Part shown: in pieces, positions 44,108 to 54,500 of the stretch
Position numbering within the stretch: position 1 is the stretch's first letter
Layout of the letters: each line of letters begins with the position of its first letter
IMG/VR virus record: IMGVR_UViG_3300009159_000033
From: a virus
Direction: 5' to 3' (one strand)
DNA: 64,000 nucleotides
Made by a program: the position numbers and the translations under genes
The notes under the pieces: model-generated
What the model saw: only the letters and a program-made list of their open reading frames with translations
Database searches by the model: none
Told to the model about the DNA's origin: nothing

Positions 44108-44968
44108 ATGAATTTTATCAGTTTAGCAGAGCTTTACCGAGATATAGCGGTATGGGAGAGACAGTTACCGCAATTCGACGCAGTGTGTGGTGTACCTCGC
44201 AGCGGATTGATTCCTTCCACTTACATTGCGCTGCGTCGTAATATTCGGTTAGTGGAGCTTTCCGACTTACTACGACAACCCGAAGGAGCAATTGATAGGG
44301 CGCACTTACGCCCTAATAATCCTGTTTGCCGTTATAACATACCTTATGGTAACAGACTTTTAATCGTAGACGATTCTTCTAGTTCGGACAGTGTCACTTT
44401 TACCGGTTTGCGTGAGCAACTAGAAACACAAACTAGCTTACAGATTGCCTATGGGGCGGTGTATCGAAGCTCAGAAAAAAGCAAAGTTAATTACTACTAT
44501 CGAGAAGTCACACAACCTCGCATGTTTGAATGGAACTGGTGGCGTAACTGGTGGACACAATTCGCACTATGTGATCTAGATGGTGTGTTGTGTGAAGATT
44601 GGAAAGGTAAAAGTGAAGTAACTGACGATCTTGAGTTTGCTAGACATGTGAGAGAAGTTGCTCCTTTGTACATTCCTCAGATGCCAATTAAAGCTGTGGT
44701 GACTAGCCGGATTGAAAAATACCGTAAAGAGACAGAGAAGTGGCTGGCTAAGCACAATGTTATGTATTCTAAATTGATCATGCACCCAGCCTCTACGCCA
44801 GAGCTGCGAAGGCAAATGAACGACCACGCAATTCGAAAAGCCGAAGCTTACATGCAGATTCCAGAAGGTAATCTTTTTATTGAAAGTGATGTGAAACAAG
44901 CTGCTCAAATTTTTAAGTTGACGCAACGTCCTGTGCTGTGTATCGATAGTATGACTATGTTTAAATAA
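44108..44968 (+). CDS. Phosphoribosyltransferase-HAD phosphatase fusion
   Basis: CGVPRSG and LIVDDS (PRT); CDLDGVL, VTSR, RKA, FIESD (HAD). Confidence 0.8.
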   Translation: MNFISLAELYRDIAVWERQLPQFDAVCGVPRSGLIPSTYIALRRNIRLVELSDLLRQPEGAIDRAHLRPNNPVCRYNIPYGNRLLIVDDSSSSDSVTFTGLREQLETQTSLQIAYGAVYRSSEKSKVNYYYREVTQPRMFEWNWWRNWWTQFALCDLDGVLCEDWKGKSEVTDDLEFARHVREVAPLYIPQMPIKAVVTSRIEKYRKETEKWLAKHNVMYSKLIMHPASTPELRRQMNDHAIRKAEAYMQIPEGNLFIESDVKQAAQIFKLTQRPVLCIDSMTMFK

Positions 44969-44979
44969 AGGAGCAAACC

Positions 44980-45543
44980 ATGTTATCCGATTATATTGAA
45001 GAAGATTTTAGGTTTGCTACTTCGCTGCAGATTAGGCATTATACTCCCACAGAATTGGTATTTAAACCACATTGTAATGGGTATGCACTCTCGCAGCTAA
45101 TAGATCAGATTGATGGGCAAGTCTTAAGGCATTGCCCTCAGTCAACCATATTCTATTTACGGGCTCCTGGAGGTACGGCATTGTGGTTAGCTCGTCACTT
45201 ACATGTATTTGCGAGTAAATTTGAACTTTTTTTATCTATTGAACCTCAGCATTGTACGGAGCAGGTACTCATCGAATTACAAAGCATACCTAATGTAAGA
45301 CAAGCGATAGCAGAATCAGCGCCCTCTAATAATAACGATTTACAGGAAATAGACTGTGTAATATTAGCAAATAGTGTGGATTTGTTAGCGTGGGTAAATT
45401 GGGTGCAGACACGCACAGATTTACGAAGGGCAACTATGTTAGGTTATGATCCTCAGCGACAGTTACAGCCGACTAAAGCTGGGTATTATTTCATGAACTC
45501 TTCCATTTGGGTGGACAATAGACAGCGGTCTAAAAGTGTTTGA
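44980..45543 (+). CDS. Hypothetical protein
   Basis: 187-aa ORF, SD aaggag. Confidence 0.55.
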   Translation: MLSDYIEEDFRFATSLQIRHYTPTELVFKPHCNGYALSQLIDQIDGQVLRHCPQSTIFYLRAPGGTALWLARHLHVFASKFELFLSIEPQHCTEQVLIELQSIPNVRQAIAESAPSNNNDLQEIDCVILANSVDLLAWVNWVQTRTDLRRATMLGYDPQRQLQPTKAGYYFMNSSIWVDNRQRSKSV

Positions 45544-45584
45544 ATTGTAGGTTTGTAACAGTTTTAATTTACTAGGAGATAGGT

Positions 45585-47864
45585 GTGCAAATTACTTCTT
45601 TTAAAAAAGATGCTTCAGCTCGTAGTCATGTAGATTTAACGGTCAAGAAGCGAAGTGGCAAAGTGGTGAACTTCGATCAAGCTCGTATTTACACTGCTTT
45701 ACATCGTTGTTTGGTAAGTGAGCTGAAATACGATGAAGCCGAGGCAGCTCGCATCAGCAAACTAGTTGGTGAGCAGGTATACAACATTGTATGCAGCAGC
45801 AACAAAGTAGTAGATGTGGAAGAGATTCAGAATCTGGTGGAAACTCAATTGATGGCTAATGGGTTATACCTTGTGGCCAAGCAGTACATTCTCTTTCGAG
45901 AAGTAAAAAGACAGCAACGAGAAAACGCACCACTGCCAGAAGAAGTAATTGTCGCATTCCAAGAAAACGACACTTATTTTGATAATGAGTTACAGAAGTT
46001 TCAAGCATTAGACAAATTCGCACGCTTTGTCCCCGAGCTGGGTCGCAGAGAGACTTGGCCTGAAACAGTGGATCGGGTTATCGGATTTTTTCAAACACAT
46101 TGCAAGCGTGAAAACCACAATGTAACTGAAGAAGAATGGGGTAATCTTAAGCAAAGTCTTTTGCGGTTAGAGTCTGCTCCTTCCATGCGTTGTGTGCAAA
46201 TGGCTGGACCTGCTTTAGAACGATGTCATGTCGGAGTATACAACTGTTCTTTTCAAATGCTGCAGAATACTACAGATTTGGCAGAGGAACTCTATGTACT
46301 TATGCAGGGCACGGGTGTTGGATTTTCAGTGGAAAAAGAGTTTAGCGTAGAAGAGTTTCCTCGAGTTAAACGACAAAAGAAGCATAGTGAGCCTACTACC
46401 TATGTAATTGAAGACAGTACAGAAGGCTGGTGTGATGCATACAAGGCAGGGTTAGATGCATGGTGGGCGGGTGAAGATATTCATTTCGATTATAGTCATA
46501 TCCGAGAATCAGGTGCTCCACTTAAAATCAAAGGTGGAAGAGCTTCTGGCCCAGGCCCATTAAAAGACTTGTTAGAGTTTTCTAAAGCTCGAATCTTAGC
46601 AAGACAAGGACGGTATCTGTCTAGCTTGGATCTTCATGACATTAATTGTTTTGCTCATCGAATTGTGCGTATGGGTGGGGTGCGTAGGGCTAGTGGTATC
46701 TCTCTATCGGATCTGCATGATCGTGAAATGCGAGATTGCAAGCAACAAGATTTTTGGACTACTAATGAACAACGCAATCAAGCTAATAACTCTGCTGTTT
46801 ATAATGAAAAACCTGATCAATTGATTTGGATGGAAGAATGGCTATCGATGGCCAAGTCAAACTCGGGTGAGCGGGGTATTTTCAATCGAGGCGGGTTGAA
46901 AAGTCAATTCCCTAAACGTCGCAAACACCATGGTCACCTTTTTGGGACTAATCCTTGTGGTGAAATTATTCTGAGACACAAGCAGTTCTGCAACCTATCC
47001 ATTGCAGTTATTCGTGTCACAGACACTTATGAAGAGATTGCTCGTAAAGTGGAGTTAGCTACAATTTGGGGCACGCTTCAGTCTACGATGACTCGCTTTA
47101 AGTACATTGGAGAAGAGTGGAAAAAGAATAGTGAAGAAGAGAGGTTACTAGGCGTAGACTTGCTTGGTTTTCTTGATCATCCGCTATTCCAAGACAACGC
47201 AAAAGCTGGTGGAACCTTGGATAAGCTATTAAGCTTAGTCAACGAAGTTAATGCTAAATGGGCAGCACGATTTGGTATCAATGTATCTGCTGCTACAACT
47301 TGTATTAAGCCTTCGGGAGACAGCAGCGTGTTCTTCAATACGCCTGCTGGGTTCAAAGGACATCATGGGGAATGGTATGTTAGACGAGTTAGGGCAAACT
47401 CTACTAATCCAGTAGCGCAGATGTTGAAAGATGAAGGTGTACCTTGCCTTACGGATTACGATGGCAGTGGCTTGGTATTAGAGTTTCCTATGAAGGCTCC
47501 TAAAGGTGGCGTGTTGTTAGAAACTCAAACAGCGCTTAGCCAGTTGGAAAAATGGAAAACTTTTAAAGTACACTGGACTGAGCATAACCCTAGCGTGACG
47601 ATCTATATTCGACCCACTGAATGGCTGGAAGTTGGTAAGTGGGTTTATGACAACTGGGATATTGTCGGAGGGTTAAGCTTCTTACCTTTTGATGGGGGTA
47701 TGTATCACTTAGCACCTTATGAAGCGATTTCTCAAGAAGAGTTCGACCGTAGAACTGCAGCTATGCCTAAGATCAACTGGGCTAAACTGGTTCGTTATGA
47801 ACGCTCTGACATGACAGATCTACACCAGCAGACTGCGTGTGCCGGTGGTGCTTGTGCTTTGTAA
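45585..47864 (+). CDS. nrdJ: Class II (adenosylcobalamin-dependent) ribonucleotide reductase with an ATP cone
   Basis: VKKRSG cone; RETW.E.V.R, YNCSF, GTGVGFS, GGVRR, GTNPCGEI, CNLS, IKPSG, C-terminal CAGGAC. Confidence 0.88.
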   Translation: MQITSFKKDASARSHVDLTVKKRSGKVVNFDQARIYTALHRCLVSELKYDEAEAARISKLVGEQVYNIVCSSNKVVDVEEIQNLVETQLMANGLYLVAKQYILFREVKRQQRENAPLPEEVIVAFQENDTYFDNELQKFQALDKFARFVPELGRRETWPETVDRVIGFFQTHCKRENHNVTEEEWGNLKQSLLRLESAPSMRCVQMAGPALERCHVGVYNCSFQMLQNTTDLAEELYVLMQGTGVGFSVEKEFSVEEFPRVKRQKKHSEPTTYVIEDSTEGWCDAYKAGLDAWWAGEDIHFDYSHIRESGAPLKIKGGRASGPGPLKDLLEFSKARILARQGRYLSSLDLHDINCFAHRIVRMGGVRRASGISLSDLHDREMRDCKQQDFWTTNEQRNQANNSAVYNEKPDQLIWMEEWLSMAKSNSGERGIFNRGGLKSQFPKRRKHHGHLFGTNPCGEIILRHKQFCNLSIAVIRVTDTYEEIARKVELATIWGTLQSTMTRFKYIGEEWKKNSEEERLLGVDLLGFLDHPLFQDNAKAGGTLDKLLSLVNEVNAKWAARFGINVSAATTCIKPSGDSSVFFNTPAGFKGHHGEWYVRRVRANSTNPVAQMLKDEGVPCLTDYDGSGLVLEFPMKAPKGGVLLETQTALSQLEKWKTFKVHWTEHNPSVTIYIRPTEWLEVGKWVYDNWDIVGGLSFLPFDGGMYHLAPYEAISQEEFDRRTAAMPKINWAKLVRYERSDMTDLHQQTACAGGACAL

Positions 47865-47910
47865 ACCTAGCTTAGTCTAGCTATGCAGGGTATAAATGGA
47901 GTAAGATAGT

Positions 47911-47943
47911 AAGCCATGTGTCGTTTTTGGCACATGGCTTTGT
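47911..47943 (+). terminator. Intrinsic terminator-like hairpin after nrdJ
   Basis: AAGCCATGTG/CACATGGCTT perfect 10-bp stem. Confidence 0.65.
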
Positions 47944-47955
47944 GATTGTAACTCA

Positions 47956-49071
47956 ATGGATAAGCATGTGGCATACGATAGCGAGTTACCTAATTTAAAT
48001 GTTGAACAGACTCTAGATTTAGGGCTCTACGCTGATTTTCCCGGCACTATTGATTACTTGGCCGAGAAGTGTGCTGCCCCTGCTCAAATCATAAGACGGA
48101 TAGTTTCTCCTTTATACACAAAAACAGATATAGGTATTTACTGGAATCCAGCACTTGAAAAGGCTGGCATGTATGTGAGACCAGTATTAAATCAAGAAGA
48201 GTTTGATTGGGGACTGCAGCTTTTAACGGAGAAGCTTGGTGCAGACCGAGTGCATTCCGAACCTTTGACACCTTACGATTTACATGACTGGTGGGTAAAG
48301 GTAGCTTACTCTCCAACTATACGACGATTAGGAGAACTAGCTCAATTCTTTCCAAGCAAGGACATTCCCGGCTATGGTGGACGACCTATTGCAGCTATGG
48401 TTGCCAGCGGGCTCATAGGTACAGGTCTTGGCTATGGCGCAGGTTGGTTAGGAGAAAAGGTATTGCCAGAGTGGGCACAGACCAAAGGCACACTGCGTAA
48501 GCGTTTAGCGTTGCTTGGTGGTGTAGGCGGAGCTTTAGTAGGTTCAATGCCTGGGTTAGTAAATTTGCATGAAGGTCGAGAATTTAACGATCCAACTCTT
48601 TTTAAAGGTTTTCCCGAAGATGGGTTTGAGGATAAGTTACCTACCTCTGTAAGGTATAAAGAAGCAGTGGCCAACTTTATATCAAAGCAAGCTGATACTG
48701 CTTTTGGAAGCATCGGCGGGCCATCTTTTGCAGAGATGCCTCTAATTCGTACAAATGAGCTTGGACAAGTGCTTTGGGGGACTAACGCAAGCCCTCAAAC
48801 CACCGCTATGACAATGGGTGCAGTATATGGGGCAGGGCAGATGCAAGATCCCAATTCAAGACCCGGAATAGTAACTCCGCACCAAGTTGGGTTGTTTGGT
48901 ATGGCCATGGGGGCCGCAGGTGGCGGGCTCCAAGGCTATTTAACAGGACGTACAGTTGGCTATGGGCTTGGACTGCTAACTGGAATGCCTGGCGGAACGC
49001 AAGCTACATTAGGGCAAACTGGGGCTACCCTAGGTGTAATTAATAGTATAGTGCCTCGACTTTTTAACTAA
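47956..49071 (+). CDS. KxA-motif protein with glycine zippers, probable virion protein
   Basis: EKCA, VKVA, SKQA; GLIGTGLGYGAG and GAAGGGLQGYLTG...GYGLG. Confidence 0.55.
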   Translation: MDKHVAYDSELPNLNVEQTLDLGLYADFPGTIDYLAEKCAAPAQIIRRIVSPLYTKTDIGIYWNPALEKAGMYVRPVLNQEEFDWGLQLLTEKLGADRVHSEPLTPYDLHDWWVKVAYSPTIRRLGELAQFFPSKDIPGYGGRPIAAMVASGLIGTGLGYGAGWLGEKVLPEWAQTKGTLRKRLALLGGVGGALVGSMPGLVNLHEGREFNDPTLFKGFPEDGFEDKLPTSVRYKEAVANFISKQADTAFGSIGGPSFAEMPLIRTNELGQVLWGTNASPQTTAMTMGAVYGAGQMQDPNSRPGIVTPHQVGLFGMAMGAAGGGLQGYLTGRTVGYGLGLLTGMPGGTQATLGQTGATLGVINSIVPRLFN

Positions 49072-49087
49072 GTATAAGGAGATAGTT

Positions 49088-49519
49088 ATGGCTACAGTAC
49101 AAGAACAATTGGAACAAACAATCCTTGCAATGATTGATCGTTACAAAGAATACACAGCAGACGGAAAAATAACTTATTCAGAAGTGCTTGGGTTGTTGTA
49201 CAACGGGGCAGCAACCCTTGTGCGACTTGTAGAAATAGCTGGGCAGGGCAGCCGTGCAGAAAAAAAGCAGCTAGTGTTAGCAGGGCTTGATAAGTTTTAC
49301 GATACCGTAATTGCTCCAATCGACATCATTGGTGTTCCTAATATGCTTGAGCCCATGGTTGATTCCACTATAAAGTCATTGTTACTTTCTACAGTTGATG
49401 GGGCTACTGATTCTATATTTAATGTGTTTGAAAAGATGGGCTGGATAGCTGAAGATAGCGGTAATGAGCCTCATGCTGTTAAAATGGCAGCAAGGGCTAA
49501 GCCTGTTATGATTTTTTAA
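49088..49519 (+). CDS. Hypothetical helical protein
   Basis: 143-aa ORF, SD aaggag. Confidence 0.6.
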   Translation: MATVQEQLEQTILAMIDRYKEYTADGKITYSEVLGLLYNGAATLVRLVEIAGQGSRAEKKQLVLAGLDKFYDTVIAPIDIIGVPNMLEPMVDSTIKSLLLSTVDGATDSIFNVFEKMGWIAEDSGNEPHAVKMAARAKPVMIF

Positions 49520-49532
49520 ATTCTAGATTTTA
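49517..49532. promoter_or_regulatory. 16-bp palindromic site TAAATTCTAGATTTTA
   Basis: Starts on the stop codon of 49088, 9 nt before ATG 49542. Confidence 0.7.
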
Positions 49533-49541
49533 AGGTGTGAT

Positions 49542-49940
49542 ATGACTGTATTGCTTGGAATGAGTGGCGGAGTTGTTTTCTTTGGTCCTCGGACTAATCC
49601 AAAAGCGGTTCGTTGGTGGGCTGAACGAGGACAACTCCACTGGGAAGATTCTCGAGACAACAACTATGGAGTGGTGTCTATTCGAGAATTTCTTCTGCGG
49701 TTGCAAGGCATTAACGATATGATGTCTAATGGACGCAGTAAGGATAATGAAGGTTTTATGCACCAAGATGAGTTGGAACGGCATATGCGTTTCATCGAAC
49801 AAGCATTAGACTTAGTACATAAAGCAAGGGAGCAAGGTGCTCCTGATGATCCTACGGCGCAGAGACACAAGGCAATGAGTTTGCCTGTTACTGTAGTCAT
49901 GCCGTCTTGTTTAACTAGTGGCAAAAGTGTTGCGTTCTAG
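49542..49940 (+). CDS. Hypothetical protein
   Basis: 132-aa ORF, SD aaggtg. Confidence 0.6.
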   Translation: MTVLLGMSGGVVFFGPRTNPKAVRWWAERGQLHWEDSRDNNYGVVSIREFLLRLQGINDMMSNGRSKDNEGFMHQDELERHMRFIEQALDLVHKAREQGAPDDPTAQRHKAMSLPVTVVMPSCLTSGKSVAF

Positions 49941-49951
49941 GAGATTATTTA

Positions 49952-50332
49952 ATGCAAGTACATGAAGCATTTAAACTTGGGTTTTTATCTAGGTGTGTCG
50001 AAGAGGGAATGAATCCCGAGCAGACACATGGTTTGTCTAAAATGGCTGCAAGCTTATTTAGCCCAATGGGTGAAGTGCGTAACGCTGTTGGAACTCTTGG
50101 GGACATGGCCCCGTATTTAGCGGCAGGATTGGCAATTCCGCCTGCCCTTGGCGGTCTTGCTGCCTACTTTGCTAACCAAGCTACAGACACAGAAAGCAGT
50201 CAAGGCGTAGATAATATTAAGCGGCAGGAATTGCAAGAAACTTATGAAAGAATGGCTGGGCAGCTGCAAAGGCAGAAAGAACGACAAGATTATAAAGCAA
50301 AGCGTAAGAGTACTGGGCGTATTTTCCTGTAA
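49952..50332 (+). CDS. KxA-leader protein with a hydrophobic segment and coiled coil
   Basis: Leader FKLGFLSRCVEEGMN...SKMA; LAAGLAIPPALGGLAAYF. Confidence 0.55.
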   Translation: MQVHEAFKLGFLSRCVEEGMNPEQTHGLSKMAASLFSPMGEVRNAVGTLGDMAPYLAAGLAIPPALGGLAAYFANQATDTESSQGVDNIKRQELQETYERMAGQLQRQKERQDYKAKRKSTGRIFL

Positions 50333-50347
50333 CCGGAAGAGGCTAAG

Positions 50348-50722
50348 ATGGCTAATAGTTTAGTGAAGTTTACCAACCGAAAAGAAGGTAACGAGCGAGG
50401 CCAATTGTTTTGGGATCGTGCGGATGTAGATGGTCTGCCTTTCCGAGGACATCAAGCACCCCTATACCGCAACGAAGAGTATGAAGACAGACTAGTACGA
50501 GTAGCTGACCCAAAAAACGCTACTTTCTACACTGGGGATAACGAACAGAACTTGGCCTATTTAAAAGTCATGGATGGTGTGGCAAATTCTTGGTATCAGT
50601 TGGTGTTTATCGAAAGATGGCGAGAAGAGAAAGATAAGCATCATTACATCTACGCAGAGTGGCTCGAATATTTCTTAGAAGATGGTAATCCCTGCTTGAT
50701 GCCTTCTTCCTCTACCCCATAA
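50348..50722 (+). CDS. Hypothetical protein
   Basis: 124-aa ORF, SD gagg. Confidence 0.6.
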   Translation: MANSLVKFTNRKEGNERGQLFWDRADVDGLPFRGHQAPLYRNEEYEDRLVRVADPKNATFYTGDNEQNLAYLKVMDGVANSWYQLVFIERWREEKDKHHYIYAEWLEYFLEDGNPCLMPSSSTP

Positions 50723-50726
50723 GGAT

Positions 50727-51509
50727 ATGGACATGAATAAGACAAGCGCAAAAAAGTTATTGAAACAAATTAAAGTTGAAAAATCTGCAGCAACACCAAT
50801 TGGTGCGCTCGGTGATGATCTTAGAACGCAAGTTAATCAACAAATGCAATCTGATGCAATTAAAACTATTCTTAAGGCAGTAGCATTTGCAGCAGGAACT
50901 GGAGCTGCAGTTAGAGGAGTTACCGGACTTTTTGAAGGGCCAAGAAACCCTAAAAAAGGCCCGCGCGTAATTGATATGCCGGTAGCATATCCAAAAGAAA
51001 AGAATGCAATAGATTCAAATTCTAGAGCGACTTCTCCTTATGGTTTAGACTACTTTTTACCTAGCCTTGTGGTAGGTGCTCCACTCGCTGCTTATGGTGG
51101 CTGGAAAGGTGTAGATCTTTTGCTAAACAAAGTAAAGGAACGAGAAAGCAAAGCAAAGCTTGAATCTTCAAAAAAGAAATACGAGGAAGCTTTACTTGGA
51201 GCATACAAGCAAGGAACTGATGATTGCTTAGACCAGGCATTTTCTGGATATAGTCAAAAAGCGGCATTAGATCCTATTGGTGCCATTTCTGACAAATTTA
51301 ATTCTACTTTTCCAAATGCTTCTGGGCTTGGTAAAGGACTAGCTTTAACTTGGTTGTTGTCTAGTGTTCCTGCTGGTTACTACTTGGTCAACAAAGCTAT
51401 GAAAAAGAATAGTAGGCGCGCCATATTGGAAGAGGCTGTCGAAGAAAGAGCACGTCGGCAAGCATTGACACAACCTCCTGAAATTTACGCTACTCCGCAT
51501 GCCGTATAA
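50727..51509 (+). CDS. KxA-punctuated protein with three hydrophobic segments
   Basis: VEKSAA and SQKAA sites; hydrophobic helices each followed by basic coiled segments. Confidence 0.55.
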   Translation: MDMNKTSAKKLLKQIKVEKSAATPIGALGDDLRTQVNQQMQSDAIKTILKAVAFAAGTGAAVRGVTGLFEGPRNPKKGPRVIDMPVAYPKEKNAIDSNSRATSPYGLDYFLPSLVVGAPLAAYGGWKGVDLLLNKVKERESKAKLESSKKKYEEALLGAYKQGTDDCLDQAFSGYSQKAALDPIGAISDKFNSTFPNASGLGKGLALTWLLSSVPAGYYLVNKAMKKNSRRAILEEAVEERARRQALTQPPEIYATPHAV

Positions 51510-51529
51510 TCTTATTTAGAGTTTTATGA

Positions 51530-54500
51530 ATGCTTCCACTTTCATCTAATTTGTTTGATTCTTCTAATCTCTCGTTGCTAGGGAATACACCTCCTTTAGC
51601 ACAGCCGATGCAGCCATTGCCACCCGCAACTCCATTGCCTAGCTTTCATGAATTTCATGACACTAAGAAGGTCAGATCTATTATCTACGATAGAGTGCTG
51701 CAAGCAGCTCAGCAGCTACAGCCTATGGCTAATGATCGGCATACGCTTAGTTTAACTGGAGTAAATTACCGTGATGGTGATACCGCTAGCAAACAGGAGC
51801 AGAAAGCTGCCATTCTTAATGGTAGATCCCAAGGACGTAGGCTAGAAGGTACTTGGGAGTTAATGGATAACGCAACACAACAAGTAATCGCTTCTAAGAA
51901 ATCAGTTCTTGCCACTGTGCCTCACTTGACGGATCGTGGCACCTTTATCAACAACGGCACTGAGTACATTCTAAGAAATCAACAGCGGTTATTGCCCGGA
52001 GTTTACACCCGCACACGGAACAATGGTGAAATTGAATCCCATGTTAATGTGATGCCTGGGAAAGGTGTATCACAGCGTTATTTCTTAGATCCCGAGAAAG
52101 GCAAATTTAAGCTTAAGGTTGGGCAAGCTTCAGTTGGATTAACTCCTTTGTTAAAAGCTATGGGAGTTACCTCGGAGCAGGCGCAGGAAGCTTGGGGTAA
52201 AGATCTATTCGCTTCTAATTACAATTCGGATGATGCATCCGAATACACACGGCTTAAAGGCATGTTTCTTTCTTCTAAAGAACTAGCTGAGCCAGAAGAA
52301 AAACAAAAACAAGCATTGCTTGCTAAGTTTTCTAAGATGGAAATGGATCCCGAGGTAAATCGTCGCACGCTGGGAAACCCACATTCAGGTGTCACACTAG
52401 ACACATTGATGGACATTACTAAAAAGCTGATAAAGGTTAATAGGAAAGAAGCGGATCCGGATGACAGAGATGCACTTCACTTTCAGCAATTTGTAGGTCC
52501 AGAAGATTTGTTTTCAGAGCGTATTGCCCGAGATAAAGGCGGGGTACGACGTAACCTACTTTGGAAGATGTCGGGCAAAGGTGATTTAAACTCAATGCCA
52601 TCTTCTGCTTTAGACAAACAGGTGAAAAGTGCTTTGCTTGGCAGCGGGCTGGGACAAGCTATTGAAGAAATTAATCCTACAGACATTTATGAAAAGACAA
52701 TGTCTGTTACTCGAGTAGGTGAGGGTGGTATTGGTTCTATGGATGCAATTCCCATGGAATCCAGAAATGTACAGTCAAGTATGCTGGGTTATGTCGATCC
52801 TGTGCGTACTCCCGAGTCGGGTCGTGTTGGGGTGGACACTTATCTGGCTAGGGGATCTCGTAAGGGAAGTGATGGTAAGCTCTATGCTCAGTTTAAGGAT
52901 ATGCGTAACGGGGAAATGACTTTTAAAACTCCTCAAGATGTAGCAGACCTAACTGTCGGTTTTCCCGGAAGCCAAGAAGGCGAAGATGGCCGTGTAGTGG
53001 CGATGCGTGGCGGTAAGATGTTACATGTACCTAAATCAAGCATTGATTTAGAGCTTCCTGACATGGAAGAAGCATTTAATCCTCTTTCCAATGTTATCCC
53101 TATGAAGAGTCAGGTAAAGGGTCAGCGATTAGTTATGGCATCTCGTATGACTACACAAGCATTACCTTTAGCTTCTCCCGAAGCTCCTTTAGTACAGTCA
53201 GCGGTTCCCCGCACAGGTGGCAAACAAAGTTATGAAGAGCTATACTCGGCTGGGATGGGAGCTTTAAGAGCTTCCCAAGGGGGCACAGTTACCTCCGTGA
53301 CAGATGAAGAGATTAAAGTGCGGAATGAAGATGGAACCGAGGAAACGCACGAACTTTATCACAACTTTCCTTTTAATCGTAAAACCTTTTTTCATCAAAC
53401 CGCTGCAGTTCAACCTGGCGACACATTTAAGCCAAACCAGTTGTTAGCAAGTTCTAACTTTACAAACAAGACAGGAACAATGGCTTTAGGTACAAATGCA
53501 CGTACCGCTTATATCCCATGGCAGGGTAAGAACTTTGAAGATGCAATTGTCATCTCAGAAAGTTTTGCAAAGAAGACAGCCTCTTCTCATATGTATCAGC
53601 ATGAGCTGGAAGTGGATGACAAAACACAAGTTGGTAAAAGACAATTTATTCAAGCATTTCCAGCTACATTCAAGAAAGACATATTAGCGAACATAGATGA
53701 TCAAGGAGTGATCAAACCAGGCACAGTAGTTAATTTTGGAGATCCTTTGGTACTAGGGATTACACAAAAGGAAAATGCATACAACAAGGTACATAAGAAG
53801 GGTCAAGCCGGGTTCAACGATGCAGCCGTACTTTGGCAGCATCACGATACTGGTGTTGTTACTGATGTGGTGATGGGTAAGAAGGGTCCGGTCGTTGTAG
53901 TTAAAGCAGAATCTCCAACGCAAGTTGGTGATAAGTTATCTGGTCGTTATGGGGACAAAGGTGTTATTGCGGACATTATTCCAGATAGCGAAATGCCACA
54001 CGATTCAAATAAGTTACCTTTTGAAGTGCTGCTTAACCCTCTTGGTATTATTAGTCGAACTAACCCTGCTCAAATGTCTGAATTGTTTCTAGGTAAAATA
54101 GCGGCTAAGCGTGGTATGCCGATTAAAGTAGATGATTTTGATACTAAAAAAGATATGACTCAATGGGTCATGCAAGAACTGGCTAAAGAAGGTTTGTCGG
54201 ACTTAGAAGACATTATAGACCCATCTAAAGAACAAAAAATTAAAAATATAGCAACTGGTAGTCGTTTCTTTATGAAGCTACATCATACTTCTGAGTCTAA
54301 AGGACAAGGTAGGAGCGGTGGTGCTTACACGATGGAAGATGCCCCAGCCAAAGGTGGCATTGAAGGTTCTAAGCGTATTGGGCTAATGGATGCTAATGCC
54401 TTGCTATCTCACGGAGCCACGGACACACTGCAAGATATCTTCACAGTTAGAAGGCAGAAGAATGATCAGTATTGGATGCAGTACATGTCGGGGTATAACC

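Noticed and set aside
45585-45640. KDA in the NrdJ N-terminus as a KxA processing site
   Set aside because: Single occurrence with no helical leader, in a Cys-rich cytoplasmic enzyme; plain KxA is common by chance
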